63,871 bases of DNA, filler included, from Pelomyxa schiedti (GCA_020536535.1; 7 parts of 7 records of this genome joined end to end with filler, not necessarily neighbours in it); one strand, 5' to 3'. Shown: positions 36,279 to 47,121, counted from the first letter of the whole stretch. Numbers and translations are program-made. Notes: a model not told the origin generated them from the letters alone.

Positions 36279-37397
36279 ATGGTGGACACAACAGCAGCCG
36301 TCTACATCCCAGAGTATTCTGACGCACGTGCCCAGTTCGTCGCACTCGGAGTCGGCGTCATTGTGGGACGTTGCGGGCGTTCAAGCCCAGCGTCGGCGCT
36401 CACGCCGTCGTCGCTGTCGACCCTCGGTCGTGAATGGATCGTTTTCCCCTCCAAGCACGTTGTCATCGTCCTGAGAACCCATAAGTACGTCAAGTTCAGT
36501 GTGTCGCCCATGCACAGCCTCGTCGACCTCCCCACAGTTCTCGATCTTGGAAACCCAAGATGGCAGTTACGTGGATGGGTTGGGCCCAATCGCACAGGTT
36601 CCAGGTTCGCGCTTGTGACGTCAATAGAACACCAAACAGTCAGCACCTACCGGCTGTGTGTTGTTGACATTGACACAAGTGGCAGTGGTGCTGAGATAGC
36701 TTCCAATGCACTGGTGGCTTGCGATTCAGTGATTTCCACGAGGAGGTGGGCTGTGGTGGTTCCTTGTATAGAGAAATCACTCATGACACTGTGGAATTTC
36801 GATCATGTTGAGGTTGGTCGAGTCGAAGAAGCCAGCAGGATTGAGCTGCCATGGGCTGCTGAGAGAATGGCAATTGATGGGGATCACCTCGTTGTTGCAC
36901 CCAAGGTGGCAAAAAAAACGGAGCAACCACTTGGAGTTGTGGTTGTGGACCTCCCTGCCACAATGGAAACAAAAAGATTGGCAATTTCCCAGCACATTGT
37001 CACCTCAACACATGGGAGCTTCTGGAGACTGTGGTCCTGGAATCAAAGGGTTTATGCCACACTGACGGATGATTCACTGATGTGTGTCTCCAGTGGTGAG
37101 AGGACCATCTACCCCCAGAGCTTCAGGCTCATGCCAATTGGTGGTCCCTACTTCTATGTTGATTATCAAGGCAGTTATGCCTGGTACGTTTACAGTGCCA
37201 CAGAGCCAGACAAGTTGTGCTGCAGGCACACAGCAGAGGGAATGCACACAGTAATATTTGGTCAGGAACTTGCTGTGAAAGTGCCAGGGCTAGGACCAAA
37301 TCGAGTTGCAGTTGTTGATGCTGTGTCTGGACTTGTCATTTTCAAAATACCCAATAGTGAAGACCTGCTTTCTGTTGCTGAAGTTCTGGCTCATTAA
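36279..37397 (+). CDS. Intronless member of the expanded family (DARAQFVAL..GRCGRSSPA subtype)
   Basis: About 372-aa ORF with the conserved N-terminal module and a beta-rich C-terminal region. Confidence 0.85.
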   Translation: MVDTTAAVYIPEYSDARAQFVALGVGVIVGRCGRSSPASALTPSSLSTLGREWIVFPSKHVVIVLRTHKYVKFSVSPMHSLVDLPTVLDLGNPRWQLRGWVGPNRTGSRFALVTSIEHQTVSTYRLCVVDIDTSGSGAEIASNALVACDSVISTRRWAVVVPCIEKSLMTLWNFDHVEVGRVEEASRIELPWAAERMAIDGDHLVVAPKVAKKTEQPLGVVVVDLPATMETKRLAISQHIVTSTHGSFWRLWSWNQRVYATLTDDSLMCVSSGERTIYPQSFRLMPIGGPYFYVDYQGSYAWYVYSATEPDKLCCRHTAEGMHTVIFGQELAVKVPGLGPNRVAVVDAVSGLVIFKIPNSEDLLSVAEVLAH

Positions 37398-37530
37398 AAG
37401 AAATTTGAGAAATACTGTGATGCTGAAGTCCTCTAATAATAATAAGGCATCAATGACTTTGATTGTGCTCGGGCTTGGTTGGTTTCAGGCAGTAAGTGCT
37501 TGCCAACCCAGTCAGGCTTTTGCCTGAAAC

Positions 37531-37630
37531 TGTTAGCTTCTGTGGGAAGAGAATAAAGCCCCACAGAGGAAAAAGAGTGAAAAAGAGTAAGAGTGTAAAG
37601 GTTCTCTTGCTTGTTCTTGTGCTTGGGTTG
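37531..37630 (-). mobile_element. Partial, diverged 3' end of the LTR in inverted orientation
   Basis: Reverse complement reads ...CCTCTGTGGGGCTTTATTCTCTTCCCACAGAAGCTAACA. Confidence 0.7.
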
Positions 37631-37900
37631 CACGTGTTCAAAGGATACTTAATTTTGGTGCAGTTAGCTTTGGAGCCACGCTATTCTCAGTTGAGATTAC
37701 CTCAGAATCAATCACCGCGGCAGTCCGCATTAGTGTGTCTCATAAGATCGTCACTGCCTTATTCCAGTAATTCCATCAAGCCTGCATTGGATCTCAAGAA
37801 TCGAGATTCAGACAGAGTCCGCAGAGTGTCCATAGAGCTAAAGCTCGTGTACTTTCTACCCAAAACCAGGCTTCATCTGGCTTACTCCTTGTCAGAAATG

Positions 37901-38043
37901 TGTGTACTTCCACAAAGTACAGGAACTCGGCCTTGCTCGCGAGGCTCTGAAGTCTGGCGCACTTTAGCGGGATGATTGGAGAGACTGAGGACTGAGCCGA
38001 ATCTGGACTATTACCAGAATGAGACAGCGAAGGTAATGATCAG
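37901..38043 (+). mobile_element. LTR copy 4, truncated by the gap
   Basis: TGTGTACTTCCACAAAGTAC... aligns to the other copies. Confidence 0.85.
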
Positions 38044-38363
38044 NNNNNNNNNNNNNNNNNNNNNNNNNNNNNNNNNNNNNNNNNNNNTTAATTAATTAAN
38101 NNNNNNNNNNNNNNNNNNNNNNNNNNNNNNNNNNNNNNNNNNNGCCCACTGTGGTCTGCTGTTCCACGTTGGTGGAAATCGAGTCACAGTGACTGATTAC
38201 TCCTCAGGTTCCAAGGTTGCCACTCTTCACGTGAACACACTGCGTGAAGGCAACAACCACCCCAAAATCCACACCCTCTCCTCCTTCTGGTTGTAATTGT
38301 TCGCCGGGTGATCATCTCCCTCGATCAAAATCAATCAAAAAACTTTTTTTCAGCGAACCATCA

Positions 38364-39902
38364 ATGACCACGATGCGGTGGTCACGAAACACCGCGCACG
38401 GCCAGCCGTCTCGTACTGTCCTCCTAGTACTATTGCTGCTTATTTGTCTCGCAGCGTCGTTGGTTATAGCGGAGGCGGTGCCGCCCCAAGCAGCAGAAGG
38501 GGGGCGAGGGGGCGCCACGGCCCAGGCCCAGGCCCACGGGTGGCTGGCCTACCACCCCATCATTGCCCAGGCCCAAGGGGCCAGCGGGGCCCAGAGCGGG
38601 ACTGCCCCGCAGAAACAGGGGGAGGTGGCGGGCGCCGGCGGAGACACCACGAGCACTGCCGCCGGCGGCAACAACAACAACAAGGGCACCGATGCGGCCA
38701 CCACAAACACGACTACGACTACGACTACAACAACAGCAACAACACCCATAATAACAACTGATAGTCGTGGTGCCACCAATACGAGGACGAACGGGAGCGA
38801 CGACGAGGAGGGAGACGGTGGGGGGGGCAAGGACCAGGGGGGCTACGAGTACACGATGAGGTGTTGGCGTGTGGGCAGCGATTTGGAGTCAGTCGAGTGC
38901 GACGATGGCCAGACTTATTACTGGAAACCAAAGCTCTACAAGCCTTGTGCGTAGTGCTTTTTTTTTTTTTTTTTTTTGCCCCTTATTTTCTCTGATAAAG
39001 CCCCCCTTTTTTCCTTCCCCTTTTTATTTTCTTTACCGCTGATGTATGTTGTGCAGCACAGATGATGTTTTGGTGCGTTTGCGTTGTATCATTGATACTT
39101 ACTTTATTTGCTGGGGCTATGTCTGGCCTGTCGCTGGCCCTTCTTGCTGTTGATCAAGTGTCACTACACATTGTTGCTGCATGTGGTTTACCTGACAGGC
39201 AAGTTCTAGCAAACAAAGTACTAGGAATTGTTAAGGTTTCTCTTGGTGTTTTCTTTTTCGAACTCTGAGCAAACTCACAGAGACACCATGTACTCCTGGT
39301 TACTTTACTTTTATCGAATGCCTTTGCCATGGAGGCTTTGCCTCTTTGTTTGGAGAAAATTATGCCAGAGTCCGTCACAATAGTAATTTCTGTAACTTTG
39401 GTTCTTTTTTTCGGCGAGTATGCATTACTCTCTCCGCTTGTTTCTTCTACCCTCATTGACGTTCTCAGAATAATTCCGCAGGCTCTTTGCTCCCGCTGGG
39501 GCCTTTATATAGGAGCACACTCCTCCATGTAATACTTCTTCCTATTTCTCACGATCCTAAACCTTTCAGGCTTGTTCGTCCACTTATGTTTATATGGGCT
39601 CCGGTGTCATATCCGCTTGCATGGCTTCTTGACCATATCGTTGGTATAAACCACGGAACGTACTACACAAGGCCAGGTTTCTCACTTTTTCAACAACGTT
39701 ACCCCTCACCATAACTCAGAACTTAAGGAACTGTTGCGGATTCACTCCGAGTCCAACAGTTCCAACCACGTAATAGACCGGCCGCTCACAACAGAGCAGG
39801 TTTTGCTCAACTTATAATTACTAAAAAGTATAACCACAAAACAAGGTGGAATCTATGTGTAAAGTGTTGGACTCCTTGCCCCCCTTCGACTCTGTACCAT
39901 AA
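38364..39902 (+). CDS. CNNM/DUF21 transmembrane protein, apparently without the CBS pair
   Basis: Signal peptide; FAGAMSGLSLALL, LLVTLLLSNAFAMEALP, VTLVLFFGE|IIPQALCSRWGL, PVSYPLAWLLDHIVG and ELKELLRIH; stop at 39900-39902. Confidence 0.85.
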
Positions 39903-40088
39903 AACAGTACCTCTCACACTCTTTTACCTCCAAAGTAACTCTTACATAGAAATGGCTACTCTCCCTGAGCCAATAATCCCCAACCCTTTTGTCAAGGCTA
40001 GTTGGGTTGCAACCCTTTTTTTATAAAAAAACCTCACTAGTGACAGTAAACTTTTTTTTTCGGCAAAATCAAAATCAAAAACCAAAAA

Positions 40089-40562
40089 GTGATGATAACA
40101 CGAAGGTACTATTATGATCCAATGACCAAATGCGACGTCGTCCGGGCCATTGTGTTGATGATGTTGTCATGTGGCCTGTTTGCAACTGCGGCCCTCGTTC
40201 TTTGGGATGACTACAACAGATCATCATCACTGTCAAAAATGGCGGCCACAGCCACCATAGCCAATGAAAAGACCAACACCGACAAAGCAAAGTTCGACTT
40301 GAGCAACTACTGGGACACCACTGTGGCGCTGTGGGTGATAAAGGAGATTGTGGGAACGAGGACTGGCGCGGTTGTGGTTGGGCTGGCGTGTCTGGCAATT
40401 GGGGCACTGATGGGGGGTGGGTACACATTATGGGTTGTGTGGTACCATGCAACTGGCCGCAATGATTCATTCGCCTCGTGCTGCAGTATGATCAGAACTG
40501 GGAATACAAGCCACGAGACACAACAAGGAGCCCAAAATAAACAAAAACCCAAAACACACTGA
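40089..40562 (+). CDS. Hypothetical two-TM membrane protein
   Basis: 157-aa ORF with two hydrophobic segments. Confidence 0.5.
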   Translation: MMITRRYYYDPMTKCDVVRAIVLMMLSCGLFATAALVLWDDYNRSSSLSKMAATATIANEKTNTDKAKFDLSNYWDTTVALWVIKEIVGTRTGAVVVGLACLAIGALMGGGYTLWVVWYHATGRNDSFASCCSMIRTGNTSHETQQGAQNKQKPKTH

Positions 40563-40593
40563 GTGCTACAGGGCTGTTTTTTTTTTTTTTTTT

Positions 40594-41715
40594 TTACCAC
40601 ACATAGGATTGAAACGATTCGAGGTACACCTGGCATGGTTCGTGGAAGTTGATTGAAGCAATAGCAATATCTGTAGTTGCTTCATGCACTTGCAGTCGCC
40701 CACTATTTGGTGTCTGGAAGATCAAACCACTTCCTGCAAGGAACGAACAGATATTCTGAACCTCTATTGTCCTCAGTGGTGCTGGTGTGCTGTTGCAGTC
40801 CCAGATTGTAATTGCTGTAGTTGTATGAAGTGCAAAAAGAGAGCCACTCAGTTGGTACAGTATAATTTGGCCTTGCTCGTAAATCTCAGTTGTTGTTCCA
40901 TTTGCTTGAACATGAAGTACACTATCCGATCTTGGCTTACTGGTTTCAACAATGAACTCTTTCTGCCCATTTTGGTTCCTTGTCTGAAGAATACATCTCA
41001 GCCAGTGATGCTTCCAGTAATCCTTCTTGAAGAAACAGTGAGTAGAGCTCACAACGTGTAAACGTTCTGTCCTGTATGTGGTCTCGATGTCAACTACAAC
41101 CAGAAGTTCCTTGTCCCAGGGATCATTACGGTTGGTCAGAAGAATAAGTGCTTGGGCTGAATTCAACTTGTTCAAGCTCACTGGCTCAACAATGCGAAAC
41201 CCATGGGGTATTGGTACAACAGTTTGTTCCTCCTCGAGGTTTTTCAAATTGGTGACAACGAGATAGTCGCCCCTGGATCTTCTCTGGAGCCACCACTTGC
41301 TATTCATGCACAAGCTGTAACCTCGAGTCTCTGCCTCCAATTCTATCTTTTCACCACTTACTGTACTCAACACAGCCACTTTTCCACGATCATTAACAAA
41401 CATCTGCTCAGAAACCCAGGTAGAAGGCTGAGAAACCCTGAAGACACTCAGAGTAGTAGTAATGCCCATCAGTAGCTGTGAAACTCCAAACCTGAAAACG
41501 TAGTAGTGCTTGGAAGGGGCAGTAGTAACAGTGGTAGCAATGGCCATTCTCCTCTCTGTCCCAATGACCCAAGTGTCCCACAATTGCCTTGAAACCTCAC
41601 CCCCCATCACCCTAGCCGCCGAGTGGCATCCACAACGAGCACTATGCGACGCCAAAAGAAACGCAGCAAATTGGCTCTGAACATCGAGTCTTTGAAAGCT
41701 TATGGCCAGGTCCAT
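40594..41715 (-). CDS. Intronless member of the expanded QLWDTWV family
   Basis: 373-aa ORF, VQSQFAAFLLASHSARCG...RQLWDTWVIGTER. Confidence 0.9.
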   Translation of the reverse strand: MDLAISFQRLDVQSQFAAFLLASHSARCGCHSAARVMGGEVSRQLWDTWVIGTERRMAIATTVTTAPSKHYYVFRFGVSQLLMGITTTLSVFRVSQPSTWVSEQMFVNDRGKVAVLSTVSGEKIELEAETRGYSLCMNSKWWLQRRSRGDYLVVTNLKNLEEEQTVVPIPHGFRIVEPVSLNKLNSAQALILLTNRNDPWDKELLVVVDIETTYRTERLHVVSSTHCFFKKDYWKHHWLRCILQTRNQNGQKEFIVETSKPRSDSVLHVQANGTTTEIYEQGQIILYQLSGSLFALHTTTAITIWDCNSTPAPLRTIEVQNICSFLAGSGLIFQTPNSGRLQVHEATTDIAIASINFHEPCQVYLESFQSYVW

Positions 41716-41986
41716 TTTTTTCCTGATATAAATGTGGTTGGATCTTCACAACTCCTTGTTTTTCCACTTCGTGGGTACCAAAATTGTTGCAGGTCAAGTT
41801 TTAGTGGTATTAATGCCCAGCAAATCAAAGTGGCGGAAAGCTGGCTCCCATCAACAACCTTTCATTTTCACTTGCAATGGGGTGGGTTTTAGAGTCAAAG
41901 GAAGACGTGCGTGATGTTTTCCCCCACGGGGGAGTGGCAGGCGTGAGGCGAACCCGTGATCAGAAATCATCGTTTCGCACTACTCG

Positions 41987-43252
41987 ATGATCAACAGTGA
42001 CCTTGCTGTGCCTCGCGCGGTGACACATCGACCAATTGCAACTGAGGAATGTCTATGTCTTGGAGAGATCGCTCTGAGGCAGGGGAATCGAGCAAGTGAT
42101 CAATTTGTGGTGTTACTTTTGGCTTTGCATTCGAGTGGGTGTGGGGGCAACTCACCTGCGAGGGTGTTGGGGCCAGCGCTTGCGAGGCAATTGTGGGACA
42201 CCTGGGTCATTGGAACACAGCGGAAAGTTTCAGTCGTGGCCGCAGCCAATAGAGGCACTGAGGGAGGTGGCTGGACAATTGTTATCAGGTTTGGCGTGTC
42301 ACTTGCACTTATGGGTATCACTACTGACGTGAGTGTAACCTGCAGTGACAGTGTGTGGGTGGGTGAGGATTTGTGTGTGAGGCATGAGGGGAGAGGGTCT
42401 CCTTTGTGTGCTCTGACAAACACAAAAAGTGGCAGAATTAGGAAGCTGGAAGCTGAGCAAAAGGATTTCATGAGATGCTTGTGCATGAATGGGATGTGGT
42501 GGTTGCAGATCAGAAAAGAGGGAAACCTGCTCGTTGTTACTAACCTGCAAACTTGTGGTGATGGTGATCACCAAGTTCTTGTTCCAATTCCTGAGTGTTT
42601 CATTGTTCAGTTCATGAGTTTCAACAAGATGAGCTTATCACAAGCACTAATGCTGATGGCTGGAGCCATGGAGCAGCAGCTGAACACAATGTTGGTTGTG
42701 GTTGATGTTGAAGGCACTTACACAACGAAAACTCTGCAAATTGTGAGCTCAACTCAGTGCGAATTTCCACGGCACTATTTCAGGGATAGCGGTGTGAAGT
42801 CTCTTCTTCTTTTGAAGAACAAATCAGGCCAAAATGTGTTCATTGTGGAGACAATCCCTTGTGATTTGTGCAAGCCCCCAAGTGCTGCATTCATTATTCA
42901 GGCCACTGGAGAGACAAGAAAGGTTTTCTGTGATTCCAATTACAGAGGAACGTTCCATCAACATAGTGGTTCCCTTTTCTCCTATTACCACACTGGCCAC
43001 ATGAGACTGGAGATCTGGGACTGCAATGACACAGAAAGTTTCAACCAGAAAGCACCACTGATAACAATCCAAGTGGATGGGAAGCAGAACTTTGGAGTAC
43101 TTTCAGGTGGGGGTTTGATTTTCGCCATTGAAGATAGTACCAGACTGAAAGTGCTTGAGGCCAAGTCAGGCCACATCATTTCCAGATTGGACTTTCTTAA
43201 ACCGGGATGGATTCTGCAGAATCTTGATGGTAGAAGGTCATTTTTGTGGTGA
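41987..43252 (+). CDS. Intronless member of the expanded QLWDTWV family
   Basis: 421-aa ORF, RASDQFVVLLLALHSSGCGGNSPARVLG...QLWDTWVIGTQR. Confidence 0.9.
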   Translation: MINSDLAVPRAVTHRPIATEECLCLGEIALRQGNRASDQFVVLLLALHSSGCGGNSPARVLGPALARQLWDTWVIGTQRKVSVVAAANRGTEGGGWTIVIRFGVSLALMGITTDVSVTCSDSVWVGEDLCVRHEGRGSPLCALTNTKSGRIRKLEAEQKDFMRCLCMNGMWWLQIRKEGNLLVVTNLQTCGDGDHQVLVPIPECFIVQFMSFNKMSLSQALMLMAGAMEQQLNTMLVVVDVEGTYTTKTLQIVSSTQCEFPRHYFRDSGVKSLLLLKNKSGQNVFIVETIPCDLCKPPSAAFIIQATGETRKVFCDSNYRGTFHQHSGSLFSYYHTGHMRLEIWDCNDTESFNQKAPLITIQVDGKQNFGVLSGGGLIFAIEDSTRLKVLEAKSGHIISRLDFLKPGWILQNLDGRRSFLW

Positions 43253-43358
43253 GGAATTATGAGCACTTATTTGTCTAAGGGGGCTGGGCTCGCTTGTACA
43301 AACAAAGTGATTAAAAAACATTGTCGTTTCTGATTTTGGAAATTTTAGTGGAGACTGA

Positions 43359-44663
43359 CTATAGAAGAGACTTGTCTGAATGGAGCTCCGCAAGCTCAAA
43401 CCCAGGGTGCAAAACCTCAATTGAAGCAACAAAGCCTGATGTTGTGGCATCAAGCACTTGAAGCCTTTTTCGGTCTTCAATGAGGCAGGTGAGGCCACTT
43501 CCTGCAAGGAAGTTTGAACTCCTTTCCACTGTATTAAGTGGTGTGTGTTGGGTGAAGGAGATTGTGTGATTGCAGTCCCAGATATCCAATGCTACTTTTT
43601 CATGGTTGCAGAGTGAAAAAAGAGAGCCACTCAGTTGGTTTGATAGCCCTCCTCTGGAACTGTTCTGGAACATGAGCTGAGTCACCGCACCACTTTGTTG
43701 TATGGCATACACCACCTTCAAATCAGACATGTGTTCGTGTGGCTTGATCTCAACAATGAACACGTTCTGACCGGCCTTGTTCTTCATCAGATGGATTCTA
43801 CTCACATAGTTACTCTCGAAATAACGCTGCGGAAATGAACATTGATTCCAGCTCACAATCTGCAGACTTTTGGTGACATAGGTTCTCGCAATGTCTACAA
43901 CGGCCAATACTGTGTGCATTTGCTGCGGATTACCTCGCTTGGTCGTTGTCATCAGCATCAGTGCCTGTTGTGAATTCAACTTGCTGAAGCTCATTGATTC
44001 CACAACCCGGTAATCATCAGGGATTGAGATAAGAATCGGGGGTTCACTGTGAGCCTTCAAGTTTGTAATGACGAGGAGGTTTCCCTCTTCTCTTATCTGC
44101 AACCACCATTTCTCATTCATGCACAGGAATTGCATGAAGTTTGTGTTCTCTGGAACCAATTGGAACTTATGCCCACTTGTTGCATCCAGAAAAATCAGCT
44201 TCTGGTGTCCATAAGGATCAGGAGTAACTCTCAGATTCTCATCCACCCAAGTCCCATAACCGAGATCACGAGTGACCCTCACATTGGTTGTTAGACCCAT
44301 AAGCCCAAGTGAGACGCCAAATCTGAATGTGAGGGTCAGGGACGTCCCATAAACGATTGTCTCGGCCACCACCGATAACATCCTCTGAGTTCCGATGACC
44401 CAGGTGTCCCACAATTGCCTCGCCAGAAACGGCCCCAACGCCCGCGCCTGCGAGTTGCTCCCACACCGACTAGACTGCGACGCCAAAAGAAGCGACGCGA
44501 ATTGGTCTCTGGCACGACTCCCCTGCCTCAAATTGATCTCTCCGAGCCACTTGCACGTCGCGTCGCCGGTCAGCATCATCACACCACGCTTCCAAGAAAA
44601 TGCAAACAAAAATTGACTTCGGGGAAAAGCCATCTGCTGCTTGTCAAACAACACAAGCACCAC
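43359..44663 (-). CDS. Intronless member of the expanded QLWDTWV family
   Basis: ORF of up to 434 aa, RARDQFASLLLASQSSRCGSNSQARALG...QLWDTWV; the true start may be the downstream MMLTG. Confidence 0.9.
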   Translation of the reverse strand: MVLVLFDKQQMAFPRSQFLFAFSWKRGVMMLTGDATCKWLGEINLRQGSRARDQFASLLLASQSSRCGSNSQARALGPFLARQLWDTWVIGTQRMLSVVAETIVYGTSLTLTFRFGVSLGLMGLTTNVRVTRDLGYGTWVDENLRVTPDPYGHQKLIFLDATSGHKFQLVPENTNFMQFLCMNEKWWLQIREEGNLLVITNLKAHSEPPILISIPDDYRVVESMSFSKLNSQQALMLMTTTKRGNPQQMHTVLAVVDIARTYVTKSLQIVSWNQCSFPQRYFESNYVSRIHLMKNKAGQNVFIVEIKPHEHMSDLKVVYAIQQSGAVTQLMFQNSSRGGLSNQLSGSLFSLCNHEKVALDIWDCNHTISFTQHTPLNTVERSSNFLAGSGLTCLIEDRKRLQVLDATTSGFVASIEVLHPGFELAELHSDKSLL

Positions 44664-44666
44664 GAC

Positions 44667-45499
44667 ATGAAACGACAGGTATTTCGGTGTTTCGTTGTTG
44701 GAGACCGAGGGGTGGGCAAGACGTCGTTGATAGATTCGTTTGGGGCGACGTCGTCGCCCAAGTTCGACGACGGGCTGTACCCGGACGCAGCGGGTTACCC
44801 CGACGCGAAGAAGGACTGCCTCATCGACGACGTGCCCGTGTCAATCCTATTGTGGGACGGCCCACCTGACTACGCGACTGTTGTATGTTGTTTCTTCTGG
44901 AACTACTAAAAATACTGCTTTTCAAATATTATATAATTAAAATATTGTTTACAAGCATTTTGTGCAAATACCGAGATGTTGTTGTTTTTTTTTATGTGAT
45001 TTAGGTTAGAACTGTTTATCGCACACCGCATTGCCTTTACAATCTATGTTAAGGTTATTTGTTATGTATACTAACTTGTATCTACTAGAAATACCTAAAT
45101 AAGACAAGAAGGGAGATATTTCTGATACTATTCTCGGTTGTTGATGCGTTCTCCTTTGAGGATGTAACAGCCAAATGGATCCCACAGATAAAGCGGCACA
45201 TGCCCAAGTCTCCAATTGTTCTTGTAGCCACCAAAGTAGACAAGAGGACGCACACTGACTCAATTGATTATGAGACCGGAATGCAGAGGGCCAAAGATAT
45301 AGGGGCAGCAAAGTATATAGAGTGCAGCACAATAACGGACCAAGGCAGCAATGTGTTTGAGAGTGCAGTAAGGTGTGTGGTGGAACGGGAAGCTGCCAAG
45401 AACCATCATCACTCTCATAGTCACCATCACAGTCACAGTCATAGTCATGGGAGCGCACCACCAGCAAGGTGCTTTTGTGGAATTTGCAACGTGATGTAG
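44667..45499 (+). CDS. Atypical Rho/Rac-family small GTPase with a His-rich tail and CaaX
   Basis: G1 GDRGVGKTS, WDGPPD at G3, KWIPQIKRHMPKSPIVLVATKVD, KYIECS, HHHSHSHHHSHSHSH and terminal CNVM*; two introns. Confidence 0.85.
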
Positions 45500-45589
45500 A
45501 AAAGAATGTCTGTTTGGAACAGGCTTATCTTATTGTGTGTTTAAAAAATCTTTTATTTTTAAAAAGTACATTAACGGGTTGTTCTTCAA

Positions 45590-46733
45590 TCAAACCTTTA
45601 CTGCATAAACTTTAATTGGAAGATGAGAAGTGGGTGTTGCAACACCGCACTGATTGCCAGACAGTGCGACTGTTGGGAGAGTCAGTAGAAAACAAGTTTA
45701 TTATTTGAGGTACCATTTCCGAGAGAAATATCATTACTGCCGGTGGAAGAGAATTCAGTCGTGCCGCGAGATGAAGTAGGGACACCAACGCTATTGCCAC
45801 AGAATGATGTGGCCGAAGTTGTTGGTGTTGGTGATAAAAAACCGAGTGGATTCCCCTGGCTCTGTTCAGTCTTATGGCCAGTGTGAGAAGAAAAAATAGA
45901 GAATGGCTGCGAAACATACTCCGAATTCAACCACTATGGAGTTGGTGAACCCAGTGGAATTGAGCTGTGAAATATAGTCACCAATAAGCATGGCCCCGCT
46001 AAGGAATGGGTTTTCTGGATGTGGTTGTTTGAGTGCCATGTCACTGAGACATAACCTCCCTCCTGGCTTCAAAATCCTGTACATTTCAGTCATGACCTAG
46101 AATTCGATCACACGTTAAATGAGGTGGCAGGGGTTCTAGTACTTGATATTTATTGGGAACACGGCTCAAAAAACAGCCCCCAACAATAACATCCACAGAG
46201 TTAGAGTCTATGGGCATTCTATCCATTTCATACAGCCTGAATTCCGCATTAGAAATCCCTTGGCGGACAGCATTGCTTTTTGCGAGTTCCAGCGTTGCCG
46301 CTACAACAAGTGAGTTCAGCCGAATACGATAAGAGAACACACCAGTAATATCCACGCCAATTATATGACCCGTGGGGCCTGCTGTTTTAGCTGCCATGAA
46401 GGAGTCCATTCCAGCACCACATCCTAAGCTCACAACAACTGAGGTGTCCAAGAATTCCTGTGTAAGTTATTTGTTGGCAAAATATGATAATAACAATACA
46501 ATATCAAAAGTTGAACACTCACACTTCTTTAATTAATATTATTATATTACCAAAACACTAATAAATTCAGGTGCCGGTGAATGATGTCATCTCCAAAAAC
46601 CTTCACCAGGCCTGATGTTGGCAAACGACGATGGGTAAAAAAGATTGGCAGAGTATCTATCAGTCGGTATAGACCGCAGCTCGTCAACACTACGTCCAAA
46701 CGCCATCGCTATGCGCCCATCGCGATCTGTCAT
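45590..46733 (-). CDS. ArsM/AS3MT-like class I SAM methyltransferase
   Basis: FGRSVDELRSIP, SLGCGAGMDSFMAAKTAGPTGHIIGVDIT, NAEFRLYEMDRMPIDSNSVDVI and EMYRILKPGGRLCLSD. Confidence 0.8.
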
Positions 46734-47121
46734 CTTCAATGAATTCTAAGAACAATCAATCAAGCTGCGAAAAAAAAAAACGGCGAGTAGCGACGGTTGT
46801 GAAGACGGCGTCGGTGCGGACGGCGGTGGTTACGCGAAGAGCGGAGACACCACGCCGTCCCATCATTGCTTTGAAGCGCCGCTGTTTGCCACCACTGCGT
46901 TTGGCCGCGCAGCGACGACTAAGGACAATCAGATCCCTGCGTGTTGTTGCACTGAAAATACATGCCCTCGCTCTTGTGGTTCCACAACGCACAGTGCCGT
47001 TCCATTGGCCAAACGACACAGTTTCAATAATAATTCTGAACATTCAACCAACGGGACTGCTTGCCACAATGGTGGTGGGACGGCCGGCGCCGCACACGGA
47101 AGTTATGGGAGCTATTGGAGG

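Noticed and set aside
32741-38043. LTR copies 3 and 4 as one full-length element
   Set aside because: No polypurine tract precedes copy 4, unrelated genes and a gap intervene, and the TSD cannot be tested.
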